This document shows, piece after piece, positions 1 through 8,421 of a stretch of DNA of 38,299 nucleotides. Each line of letters begins with the position of its first letter. The stretch's first letter is position 1. The translations under genes and the position numbers were made by a program. A model generated the notes under the pieces. It did not search any database. It was not told where the DNA came from and worked only from the letters and a program-made list of their open reading frames with translations. The stretch lies in the NCBI GenBank assembly GCA_041634115.1, contig JBFJMD010000001.1, forward strand, positions 1 through 38,299, written 5' to 3'. Source of the stretch: Thermoanaerobaculia bacterium (GTDB lineage Bacteria > Acidobacteriota > Thermoanaerobaculia > Multivoradales > JAHEKO01).

Positions 1-624
<624 letters not shown>

Positions 625-636
625 AGCGGGCGCGGC

Positions 637-3600
637 CTAGGCCTTCCGCTTCCCCTTTCCCTCCCCTTTCTGCTTTTCCTTCCTCTTTTTCTCCTTCTCC
701 TTCACCTTCTCCGCCGCCAGGCTCTCGTCGACTTCCGCCATCCAGGAGCGCGGGTGGCGCGCCTTGTGGTACTCGTTCAGGACCGACTTGAAGAGGTCGC
801 CGAACCGGGCGCGATCGATCCGATGGTAGAACTGCTGGAGCTGTGCGTCGTCGATGACCCTGTGCCACTCCACCCCATGGTCGACGATGAGCCGCAGGAT
901 CGACGCGCGCCCCAGGCCGAGGCGGCGCAGGTGGTCGCGAATCCGTAGAAACGAGATCGAGCGTCCCTTCGCCGTCTTCCACACCGAGGCGATCCCGACC
1001 GTGTACTCGAAGACGACGTTATCCTCGGGCTCTTCCGGGCGGGGCGAGAAGCGAGGAATCGCGCGCAGCCTCTCGGCGGCCCTCGACTTGAGCACGACGA
1101 CCTTCAGGAGATAGACCTCTCCGGCCTTGTTTTCGACCAGCTTGCAGAGCAGGCGGTCTTCGAGGTCGAGGATCTTCCGGCTCTCGCGCAGCTTCCCGAT
1201 CGCCGCCCAGCCGGCCTCGAGCGAAGCTTCGGGAACCTCCAGCCGCTCGGCCCAGACCATGCCGATCTCGAGGCCGAGCCGGCGCTGGCAGAACGTCTGG
1301 AAGCGGGCGCCGTAGGTGCTGGCGCTGATCGACCACGTCTGCCGGAAGGTCCTCGACCACGACCAGTGGAGGAACAGGTTCATCCAGCCGCGGTTGTCCG
1401 GATGGCGCCACTCCCGCTCCAGGTCGAGATCGAGGTAGACGTTCTCCATGAGCTGGATCATGGAGTTGCAGAGGTAAAAGCCCTGGCGTCGCTGCTCGTC
1501 GGTCAGCTTCTTTCTCGTCTTCTTCTCGGCCGGCTCCGGCGCGGACTCCCCTTCCTTTTCGGGGACGACCGGCCGGCCCCGCTTCCACTGCTCGATCTCC
1601 ACGTACATCTCATCGTCGAGGAAGTCGAGTTCGTTCTCCCCCCGCAGACGCTCGAAGATCTCGTCGAGCATCTTGGTGTGACGGGTGAAGGCGGCTTCCA
1701 CCCGCTGGCTGGGCGGGTACCAGGCCTGCCGCAGCTCGACGAAGACGGTTTCGATGTTGCGCTCTTCTCGGGGCATTTCACGGGCGAGCGAGCGCAGCCG
1801 ACTGGGCTCTTTGTCCTCTCCGCCGCGTCGCCGCGGCTCGACTCCGGCCGCGCTGAAGAGCTCGACCGTCTCGTGATACCCGAGCTCGCGGTAGCTCTCG
1901 AACTGCGACTCGCCGAACCACTGGTCCGCGGTCGACTCGTGGGGAAAGTCCGGGAAGCGCCGCTGGTAGTTCTGGAGGTCCTCCGGCTCGTCGCCGGTGA
2001 GCGACGCCTTGAGGTAGACCAGCGTCCCCTTGGGCGCGTTCTCGTCGACCTCCGCGTAGTGGATCGCGCCGACCGCGCAGTGCCAGCGGCTGAAGCCGGT
2101 CGCCGCGTCCTTGCGGATCGGGTCGACGTCGATCTCGATGTCGATGCCGAAGTCGCTTCGGCAGCGGCGGATCGCCCGGCCGAGGGCGGCGAACTCCAGA
2201 TGGGGATCCGCCTCCGCGTCGCAGGCCAGGATGAACCGGCAGCGCCGCCGGACGAGCTCGTAGATCCCCAGATTGTCGAAGAAGCCGCCGTCCGCGAGGT
2301 TCACGAACTTCGATTCCGAGCCCATCGTCCCGGTGAGCTCGCTCAACAGCGCCGTGAGCCCGAAGCCCGGCCCGCGGCCGTCCCAGCCGCGTCGCTTGGC
2401 GGGATTGCGCATCCACCATCCGAGGCGGGCGTTGAAAACGGTGAGGAGGAAGCTCAGGGCCGGTGAGCTGTGGAAGCCCATGTTCGGATTGACCGCCGCG
2501 CCCGAGATCGCCATCGCGGTCCCCAGGGTGATGCCCTTGCCCTTGTTGGCGCGATGGATGTGTCGGAAGCCGCGCCCCTCCTCGCCCCGCTCGCCGCGCG
2601 CCTCTTCGCCCCGCTCGTCGCGCCCCTCCTTGCCCCGGAAGCGCCCGGGATCGAAGCCGTAGTGGAGCGGGGTGAAGAAGAACGAGTTCGCCTTCCGCTC
2701 CTGCCAGGCGAGCTGCTCGCCCGCGGCGAGATTGACCGTGGTGTTGAGGATCGGCAGCGGTCCGCGATAGGGGCTGCCTCCCCCGCCGCCGGGCAGGGTC
2801 GGGTAGATGTCGTGGAGCGGAAAGTCGTCGTCCGGATCGAACCCGGTGAACGGAATCGGGTGGCGGGTCCGGCTGGCCCCCAGATAGGGGCGGATCAGCC
2901 GGTTGCGGTAGAAGAGGTGCATCGAGAACTCGTTGATGTCGACCCGCAGGGACAGCGGCACGGTGACCAGCAGGAGCAGGAAGACGGTCCCCGCCAGCCC
3001 CCGCCAATCGCGGTCGATCGATCTCCCCGCGACGTCGAGCTCGGCCGAGATTGCCTCGAGGTAGCCCTCGGCCTCGCGCGGCTCCTCGCCCCCTTCGAAG
3101 CTCGGCCAGGCCGAGACCTCGGACGAGGCGGGCCGCTCCGCGGAGTGCCCGGTGACGTTGGCGTGGATCTTGTGGATGCCGACGCCGAGCGCCGCGACCA
3201 GGCCGGCCACGAAGACGTAGGGCGCCACGAGCGCCACCAGCTCGACCCAGCGTTTCGAGCCGCGGCCGCCGGTCGCGGGGCTGCGGCCGGCCCAGATTCC
3301 GGCCGCCGTCGACAGCAGCCAGCCGACGACGGCGGTGCCCTTGAGGGTCGTGCCCAACCAGCGCAAGAGCCCGGGGCCGTAGAAGACGACGACCAGCAGA
3401 CCCGCCCAGGCGAGAATCAGGATGCAGAGCCAGCCCCCGAGCCGGCTCCACCATTCCCGATGCTCCTCCTTGAACTGCCGGCCCATCAGGCCGATGTGGA
3501 TCACCGCGGTCAAGATGAAGATCAGGGTGACCGCCGGCGGTCCCCAGATCGTCTGGCGGATCAAGGCGACGACCGAGCTGCCGGTCGTGCCCACGAAGCC

Positions 3601-4746
3601 CCGGAAGAGGCCGAAGAGCGCGGCGCCGCCTCCGGCGCCGGCGACGAGCGCCGGGACCAGCACCCACAGCCAATTCGTGGTCTCCTGGCTCCGATCCCGC
3701 CGGCGCAGGAAGGCGACCACCAGCGCGACGAGCCAGAAGGAGAAGTAGGTCAGGGCGGCGAAGGCCATCCAGCGCCAGATCTCGGTCTCGCCCGGGATCG
3801 AGGCGCTCAGCTCTCCGACGGACCCCGTTCCCTCGCGGGTGAGCCAGGAGAGGCCGTAGGAGGCGAGGACTCCGGCCAAGAAGAGCGGCGCCGCGGCGAA
3901 CCAGAGCACGGCGGGCGTCGACGTCAGGTGGCGGCCCTCGACGGCCCGGCCGCTGTCGTAGTTCTGCGCCACCACCGCGATCGCCATGAGCAGAAGAAAG
4001 CCCGCGAAGGTGAACAGGTGGTAGCCGAGGCTCTGCGGCAGGTCGACGGCGACGAGGAGCCTGGGCAATAGCAGAAGGACGCTCAGGAAGAGCACCACGA
4101 TCGTCAGATTGAGGACGAGATTGCGGACGTAGGTCGCGACCGCGGTCCAGGTGTCCACGCTCAGGGCGCCGGTCTTCGGCGTCAGGTAGTTGCTGAACTG
4201 CCGCAGGAACGTGATCGGCGAGCCGCGCCGGTGGCGCCGCCTCCTCCGGGCTTCGGTCTGCCCCTCGACCTCGCGAGGCAGCTCCCGTTCGACCGCGTCG
4301 ATCTGCTCGCGGTGAATCCAGCCGACGAGCCAGCTTCCGATGTATCCGCCGCCCGAGACCGTCGAGAGATAGTGGAAGGCGCGCAGCAGGCCGACGTGCG
4401 CCAGCGCCTGCAGCACGCCGAGGTTGAACGTCGCGCTGCGGATGCCGCCGCCCGAGAAAGCGAGCCCGACGAGCTGCCGCCGGTGGGCGAGCTCCTGCGG
4501 GGGGCGATCCTCGTTCTCGGGCTTCGCCGCCGCCGGCGGCCCTTCCCTCTCCGAGTCGGGACCGGCGTGGAACCTCCCCTGCTCTTCGAAGAAGTGCAGC
4601 TCCTCCCGCAGCACCTGCGAGAAGGTGTCCGGCGGGACTCCCCGAAACGACTCCAGGAGCTCGTCGAACTTGGTCTCGGCGTAGTCCGGCAGGCCGGCGA
4701 GCTTTCGCCCGAGTTTCTTGAAGCTGCGAAGATTCCAGGCGCTCAT
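637..4746 (-). CDS. Giant (1369 aa) patatin-like phospholipase with a ~10-helix membrane insertion and a long unassigned C-terminal extension
   Basis: Oxyanion motif GLAFSGGGIRSA (aa 95-106). Nucleophile elbow STVSGGGY (Ser131). About 10 hydrophobic helices between aa ~200 and 600. Then INEFSMHLFYRNRLIRPYLGA and the catalytic Asp motif LADGGFFDNLG (Asp819). aa ~970-1369 have no family I can name, apart from an RRLGLG (R-x-x-G-x-G) GNAT-like motif and a Lys/Glu tail. Confidence 0.8.
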   Translation of the reverse strand: MSAWNLRSFKKLGRKLAGLPDYAETKFDELLESFRGVPPDTFSQVLREELHFFEEQGRFHAGPDSEREGPPAAAKPENEDRPPQELAHRRQLVGLAFSGGGIRSATFNLGVLQALAHVGLLRAFHYLSTVSGGGYIGSWLVGWIHREQIDAVERELPREVEGQTEARRRRRHRRGSPITFLRQFSNYLTPKTGALSVDTWTAVATYVRNLVLNLTIVVLFLSVLLLLPRLLVAVDLPQSLGYHLFTFAGFLLLMAIAVVAQNYDSGRAVEGRHLTSTPAVLWFAAAPLFLAGVLASYGLSWLTREGTGSVGELSASIPGETEIWRWMAFAALTYFSFWLVALVVAFLRRRDRSQETTNWLWVLVPALVAGAGGGAALFGLFRGFVGTTGSSVVALIRQTIWGPPAVTLIFILTAVIHIGLMGRQFKEEHREWWSRLGGWLCILILAWAGLLVVVFYGPGLLRWLGTTLKGTAVVGWLLSTAAGIWAGRSPATGGRGSKRWVELVALVAPYVFVAGLVAALGVGIHKIHANVTGHSAERPASSEVSAWPSFEGGEEPREAEGYLEAISAELDVAGRSIDRDWRGLAGTVFLLLLVTVPLSLRVDINEFSMHLFYRNRLIRPYLGASRTRHPIPFTGFDPDDDFPLHDIYPTLPGGGGGSPYRGPLPILNTTVNLAAGEQLAWQERKANSFFFTPLHYGFDPGRFRGKEGRDERGEEARGERGEEGRGFRHIHRANKGKGITLGTAMAISGAAVNPNMGFHSSPALSFLLTVFNARLGWWMRNPAKRRGWDGRGPGFGLTALLSELTGTMGSESKFVNLADGGFFDNLGIYELVRRRCRFILACDAEADPHLEFAALGRAIRRCRSDFGIDIEIDVDPIRKDAATGFSRWHCAVGAIHYAEVDENAPKGTLVYLKASLTGDEPEDLQNYQRRFPDFPHESTADQWFGESQFESYRELGYHETVELFSAAGVEPRRRGGEDKEPSRLRSLAREMPREERNIETVFVELRQAWYPPSQRVEAAFTRHTKMLDEIFERLRGENELDFLDDEMYVEIEQWKRGRPVVPEKEGESAPEPAEKKTRKKLTDEQRRQGFYLCNSMIQLMENVYLDLDLEREWRHPDNRGWMNLFLHWSWSRTFRQTWSISASTYGARFQTFCQRRLGLEIGMVWAERLEVPEASLEAGWAAIGKLRESRKILDLEDRLLCKLVENKAGEVYLLKVVVLKSRAAERLRAIPRFSPRPEEPEDNVVFEYTVGIASVWKTAKGRSISFLRIRDHLRRLGLGRASILRLIVDHGVEWHRVIDDAQLQQFYHRIDRARFGDLFKSVLNEYHKARHPRSWMAEVDESLAAEKVKEKEKKRKEKQKGEGKGKRKA

Positions 4747-4834
4747 CGTCCCGCCCGCGCCGGAAGCGCCGGCGCCGCCGCGAACCTCTGCCCTACACCC
4801 CGGTGGTTGCTCGGCAATGCTACTACAGGTCCGG

Positions 4835-5866
4835 TCAGAGCCGCGGGCGGCCGAGCCAGAGGACCCAGACCGCCTCTCCCTCTCGCTCGCCGCCGGGCCG
4901 CACCCCGACGCCGATCTCCAGGAAGAACTTGCTGAAAAGGCTCTCCCGGTACTCCGCGCTCGCCAGCAGCGCCTCGACGACGTCGGCGGCCCCCAGCGGC
5001 CCCCACGCCACGATCTCGGCGACGCCGCGGCGCAGATCGGGACGGTAACCGGCGCCGCGCGCCAGCGCGTAGAGGTCCCGCGGCCCCGGCAAGACCTTTG
5101 TGGCGGATCCCGGCGCCCCCACCTCCTCCGCCCGCGACCGCGCGATCCGATCGAGCGTCGGGTCGTGGCGCAGCGGCGCCCGGCCGGCCTCCCGGCGCGC
5201 CTCGTTGAGCCGCTCGACCAGCTCCGCGCCCACCCTCCCCGCGACGGCCGTGAGGTCGGTCTCCTCGAGCGGCACCTCCGCGGCGGCGGCCGGCAGCAGC
5301 CGCTCGATCCCGTAGTCCTCCTGCGACTGCGCCAGCGCCAGGGCGTAGACCGGCACCCCCCGGTAGTCGCTGAAGCCCACCCCGAGATCGCGCACCTCGG
5401 GGTGGAAGACGCTCCGGCGGTTGCGGTCGGCGTGGCGGCCCCAGTCGGCGACCAGCTCCGCGAGCGGCAGATCGGCGTGGGCGAGCTTCTCGGTGACCAG
5501 GCGGGCGTGGTAGCCCTCGCGGTGGACCCAGGTCTCGATCTGGGTCCCGTCGGGGGAGGTGAATCCGAAGTACTCGTGGCGGGTCATGTCGTCGGCGTGC
5601 GCCTGCGCCGCCCGCGACAGCGCGGCGTCGAGGGCGAGCGGCCCGAGGCCGAACACCTGCCGCTGGACGTTGATCAGCTCGAGCAGGTAGGCGCGGGCGT
5701 CGTCGCGGCCGTCTCCGAGCGCCGGCGGCTCGGCGCTCTCGTCGGCGAGCGCGGGCGCTCCGGCCCCGAGGGTCGCCGCCGATGCCGAGAGCGCGGCGAG
5801 CAGGGCGAGCGATCCGAGCGTCGGCCGCCGGCGGCCGGTCCCGGCGCTCGACTTCTTCGCGACCAT
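4835..5866 (-). CDS. Secreted protein with two CAP/SCP/PR-1 (YkwD-like) domains
   Basis: I prefer the internal ATG at 5866 (MVAKKSSAGTGRRRPTLGSLALLAALSASA...ALA): it gives a signal peptide with a twin-arginine stretch. Two repeats of the pattern LINxxRxxxGLxPL...AxxHAxDM / EARREAGRAPLRHDPTLDRIARSRAEE. The longer ORF start at 5980 would overlap the rhomboid gene. Confidence 0.7.
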   Translation of the reverse strand: MVAKKSSAGTGRRRPTLGSLALLAALSASAATLGAGAPALADESAEPPALGDGRDDARAYLLELINVQRQVFGLGPLALDAALSRAAQAHADDMTRHEYFGFTSPDGTQIETWVHREGYHARLVTEKLAHADLPLAELVADWGRHADRNRRSVFHPEVRDLGVGFSDYRGVPVYALALAQSQEDYGIERLLPAAAAEVPLEETDLTAVAGRVGAELVERLNEARREAGRAPLRHDPTLDRIARSRAEEVGAPGSATKVLPGPRDLYALARGAGYRPDLRRGVAEIVAWGPLGAADVVEALLASAEYRESLFSKFFLEIGVGVRPGGEREGEAVWVLWLGRPRL

Positions 5867-5909
5867 CGGGGGTATTATCTCAACCCGTTCGACCGACCCG
5901 GGCTCCGCC

Positions 5910-6566
5910 TTGATTCCGCTCCGCGACACGATTCCCACCCGGCGCGTGCCGGTCGTGACCTGGACCCTGATCGCCGTCAACCTCGTCGTCTTCCTCTTCG
6001 AGCTGGCGCAGACGCCGGAGGACTTGACGCGCCTCTTCCAGACCCGCGGACTGGTGCCCGCCCGGCTGGCGCAGCTCGGCCGCTACGGCGGGCTCTCCAC
6101 CCTCGTCACCAGCACGTTTCTCCACGGCGGGTTCTTCCACCTGCTGTCGAACATGTGGACGCTGTGGATCTTCGGCGACAACGTCGAGGACCGCATGGGG
6201 CCGGGGCGCTACCTCGCCTTCTACCTCGGCTGCGGGGTGGCCGCGGGGGCCATCCACGCGCTCTTCGACCCCGCCTCGGTGGTGCCCACGATCGGCGCCT
6301 CGGGGGCGATCGCCGGCGTCCTCGGCGCCTACTTCATGCTCTTCCCGCTGGCCCGGGTGGTGACCCTGGTACCGATCGTCATCTGGCCGCTCTTCATCGA
6401 GGTGCCGGCCTTCTTCTTCCTCGGCTTCTGGTTCCTGTCGCAGCTCCTGAGCGGCGGCCTCGCCGTCGCCGGCGTCGCCTCGGAGGCGATCGCCTGGTGG
6501 GCGCACATCGGAGGGTTCGTGGCCGGCGTCCTGGCGCACCGGGCGCTGCTGCGCCGGCGCCGGTGA
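5910..6566 (+). CDS. Rhomboid family intramembrane serine protease
   Basis: TTG start giving MIPLRDTIP. Motifs HLLSNMWTLWIFGDNVE, GASGAIAGVLGAY (catalytic GxSG) and AHIGGFVAGV (catalytic His). Six hydrophobic helices. Confidence 0.85.
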   Translation: MIPLRDTIPTRRVPVVTWTLIAVNLVVFLFELAQTPEDLTRLFQTRGLVPARLAQLGRYGGLSTLVTSTFLHGGFFHLLSNMWTLWIFGDNVEDRMGPGRYLAFYLGCGVAAGAIHALFDPASVVPTIGASGAIAGVLGAYFMLFPLARVVTLVPIVIWPLFIEVPAFFFLGFWFLSQLLSGGLAVAGVASEAIAWWAHIGGFVAGVLAHRALLRRRR

Positions 6567-6619
6567 CGGCGCGCCCGGACCCGCGCCGGGCGGTCCGGTC
6601 CGTGTGCCGCGGATCAGAT

Positions 6620-6642
6620 GCGCCCCCCACAGGTGGGGGCGC
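6620..6642. terminator. GC-rich hairpin between convergent genes (possible bidirectional terminator)
   Basis: GCGCCCCC (6620-6627), loop CACAGGT, GGGGGCGC (6635-6642): an 8-bp perfect stem between the rhomboid stop (6566) and the DUF885 stop (6676). The flanking sequence has only a weak T-run (AACCGGTTT). Confidence 0.35.
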
Positions 6643-6675
6643 AACCGGTTTCGGAGGCCGCCGGAATCTGGTCGA

Positions 6676-8421
6676 TCAGAACCGCGCCGCGGCGTCGCCG
6701 TCGAGCATCGCGCCGCGGACCAGGGGGATCGGGGGGCCGCCGTAGGAGAGGAAGCGGTCGTGGAACCGGCGCAGCGCCTCGCGGCCGCCGTTCGCCGCCG
6801 TCCAGTCCTCGCGCAGGCGCAGGATCATCAGCTTGCCCATCGTGTAGGAGAGGTACGCGGGGTCGAAGGTGCCGCGGGCCGCCTGCTGGCGGGCCGCCGC
6901 CGGGCTCTGGAACGCCTTCTCGCGGAACAGCCGCTCCGACTCCCCGAGCGTCATCTCGCCGGCGTGGAGCCCGATCGCCGAGACGAAGCGGACGTCCCGC
7001 AGCAGCGCGTTGAGAAGCTGCCCGACGCGGACCCGCGGATCGCCGTCGCCCAAGCCCTCCTCCCACATCAGCTCCTCCGCGTAGTGGGCCCAGCCCTCGG
7101 CGAAGGCGTAGCCGACGAAGAGCCGGCCCACGGCCGACGGCGCCCGGTTGGAGTGCAGGAATTGCAGGAAGTGCCCGGGCCAGACCTCGTGCGCCGAGAT
7201 GAAGAGCAGGTCCACCTCGCCCAGCAGGTAGCCCTGGCGCTCCTCTTCGCTCCAGGCCGGGTCCGGCGGCGCGATGTAATAGACGGACGGCAGGTCCTTC
7301 TCGAACGGCCCCGGGATGTCGATGTAGGCGGGGTTCCAGCGATTGAAGGGGGGCGCCTCCTCGACGAGGGCCTCTTCGCCGCCGTCCGGGATCCCCACCC
7401 GTCCCCCCTCCGCCACGATGCGGCGCAGCTCCGCGACCTGGCGCCGCGCCGCCGCCACCGGGTCATCCGGCTTTTCCGCGAGCACCGTCCGCACGCACTC
7501 CTCGACGGCGACGCCGGGCGCCAGCTCGCCGCAGGCGCGGCCGAGCGCGGCGAGGTTGCGCGCGAGGTCCTGCTCGCCGATCGCCGAGAGCTCATCGAGG
7601 CCGGTCTCCACCCGCTCGGTCGCCGCCAGCATGCGGGCGAAGCGGTCGGGTCCCAGCGCGAAGCCGGCGCTCGCCGAGCCCCGGGCGCCGAGGTCGGCGG
7701 CGAGCTCCTCGAGCGCCGCCACCGCGCCCCGGTTGGCGCGCTCGAGGTCCGCGCGCAGCTCCGAGTCGTCGACGCTCGCGAAGATGCCCGCGACGTCGTC
7801 GCGCAGGTAGGTGACCAGGCCTCCGAAGTACTGGACGGCGAAGTCGGCGAAGGTCTCCGGCAGCTCGGTCTCGAGATTCGCCCGCGCCTGGGCCGCCGCC
7901 CGCGGCAGGTTCTCGGCGAAGCGGGCGAAGGCGCGCAGGCGCTCGGGCAGCGGCGCGTACGGCCGCGTGAGGTAGAGGCTGGGGCTGAAGGCGTCCGCGT
8001 AGTAGATCGGGTTGCGCTGCGGCCAGCGCGCGTCGCGGAGCCAGAAGAGCTCGCCCTCGAGCTGCGCCAGGAGGTGGTCGCGCTCGAAGGCGCGGCCGTC
8101 GTCGAGGCCCTCGGGGTCGAAGGCGAGAGCGGCCGCGCGGCGCTCTTCGAGCCAGCGCGGCCACGCCGCGAGACCCTCGGGGCTCCAGTCGGGGAAGCGG
8201 CCGTCGTGCTCGTGCCGCCCCCAGTCCGCCGCCGCGTGGGGCTGGCGCTCGCAGTAGCCGTCGACGAAGTCCTCGATGAAGCGGTCCCACTCCATGGACA
8301 CCTCCCGGGTCGCATTCTCTCCCACTGCGGCGCCGGGCGGCCCCGGGCGCTCGCAGGCCGCGAAGACGGCGGCGACCGCGACGAGCGCCGCGACGAGCGC
8401 CGACCGCGCGGCGCGGCTCAC
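6676..8421 (-). CDS. DUF885 family (metallopeptidase-like) lipoprotein
   Basis: GTG at 8421 gives VSRAARSALVAALVAVAAVFAAC (signal peptide plus lipobox-like Cys). The body matches the DUF885 pattern, including ISAHEVWPGHFLQFLH (HExxPGH). The 1299-aa ORF in the track is a read-through of the upstream gene in another register. The start overlaps the upstream stop (GTGA). Confidence 0.75.
   Translation of the reverse strand: MSRAARSALVAALVAVAAVFAACERPGPPGAAVGENATREVSMEWDRFIEDFVDGYCERQPHAAADWGRHEHDGRFPDWSPEGLAAWPRWLEERRAAALAFDPEGLDDGRAFERDHLLAQLEGELFWLRDARWPQRNPIYYADAFSPSLYLTRPYAPLPERLRAFARFAENLPRAAAQARANLETELPETFADFAVQYFGGLVTYLRDDVAGIFASVDDSELRADLERANRGAVAALEELAADLGARGSASAGFALGPDRFARMLAATERVETGLDELSAIGEQDLARNLAALGRACGELAPGVAVEECVRTVLAEKPDDPVAAARRQVAELRRIVAEGGRVGIPDGGEEALVEEAPPFNRWNPAYIDIPGPFEKDLPSVYYIAPPDPAWSEEERQGYLLGEVDLLFISAHEVWPGHFLQFLHSNRAPSAVGRLFVGYAFAEGWAHYAEELMWEEGLGDGDPRVRVGQLLNALLRDVRFVSAIGLHAGEMTLGESERLFREKAFQSPAAARQQAARGTFDPAYLSYTMGKLMILRLREDWTAANGGREALRRFHDRFLSYGGPPIPLVRGAMLDGDAAARF

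Noticed and set aside
631-640. GGCCTAGGCC palindrome between clpB and the patatin gene, considered as a terminator.
   Set aside because: It would form only a 5-bp stem with no loop, it overlaps the patatin stop codon, and it has no T-tract.
1778-4071. Long ORFs antisense to or out of frame with the patatin gene (for example 1778-3673 minus, 2470-4071 plus, 1366-2466 plus).
   Set aside because: The translations are Arg/Pro/Gly/Ala-rich low-complexity sequence, typical of off-frame reading in very GC-rich DNA. The in-frame 1369-aa product has clear family motifs.
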